Shown here: one piece after another, positions 63,690-64,000 of the stretch
Position numbering within the stretch: the first letter of the stretch is position 1
How the letters are laid out: each line of letters opens with the position of its first letter
Assembly: GCA_043228905.1 (NCBI GenBank)
Contig: JBHGNT010000011.1
Location: 15,872,001 to 15,936,000, forward strand
Reading direction: 5' to 3'
DNA: 64,000 nt
From: Azolla caroliniana
Lineage: Eukaryota; Plantae; Polypodiophyta
Notes under the pieces: generated by a model
Database searches by the model: none
Seen by the model: only the letters and a program-made list of their open reading frames with translations
What the model was told of the DNA's origin: nothing
Translations under genes and position numbers: made by a program

Positions 63690-64000
63690 TTGTGCGCTTT
63701 GGTTGCATGAGGTGGTTCTGTAAAGCTACTCTAAGTGTTATTACTGTAGTATTCACTAAGCGTAATTAAGAAGAGTAATTAGGGTGTGCTTAGAGCCGAG
63801 CATTACTTAAACTTAATTAATTCTCGTGGTTGGTTGTACACCTCTAGCCTCTAGGATACTGGCTGTCTCTCTCAGCTCTCTGTTCGCAGAGTCACAAAGT
63901 TGTATATTTATTCCATGTACTTTTTCTTAACTAATGGAAGTAGAATTTTTTTGGAAAAAAAAAAGAAAAAAAAGAAATTGTGCGCTTTGAGCTGCATGAG

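Overview
Eukaryotic, AT-rich land-plant genomic DNA. It is probably a fern or other seed-free vascular plant, inferred from the style of the PPR remnant and the MADS gene. Seven protein-coding genes were assembled by hand from GT-AG splice sites: (+) a plastid-targeted coiled-coil protein of unknown function; (-) a nucleoplasmin-like (NPL) FKBP53-type histone chaperone that appears to have lost its PPIase domain, with a fossil exon still visible; (-) RPS15; (-) an intronless, GC-rich, secreted apolipoprotein-D-like lipocalin with a ~155-aa Ala-rich helical insert; (-) a Tm-1-like UPF0261/TIM-barrel protein; (-) a MIKC-type MADS-box gene with a two-exon N-terminal extension; (-) a single-exon protein with repeated MIM1-like motifs. 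Between and within the genes lie LINE and LTR remnants, a Mutator-like MITE, PPR and Rav1/DMXL pseudogene fragments, telo-box, GAGA and W-box arrays, and many local tandem duplications. The strongest candidates for novelty are the insert-bearing ApoD-like lipocalin, the recorded domain loss in the NPL gene, and a tandem LINE array with a very long duplicated flank at the window end.
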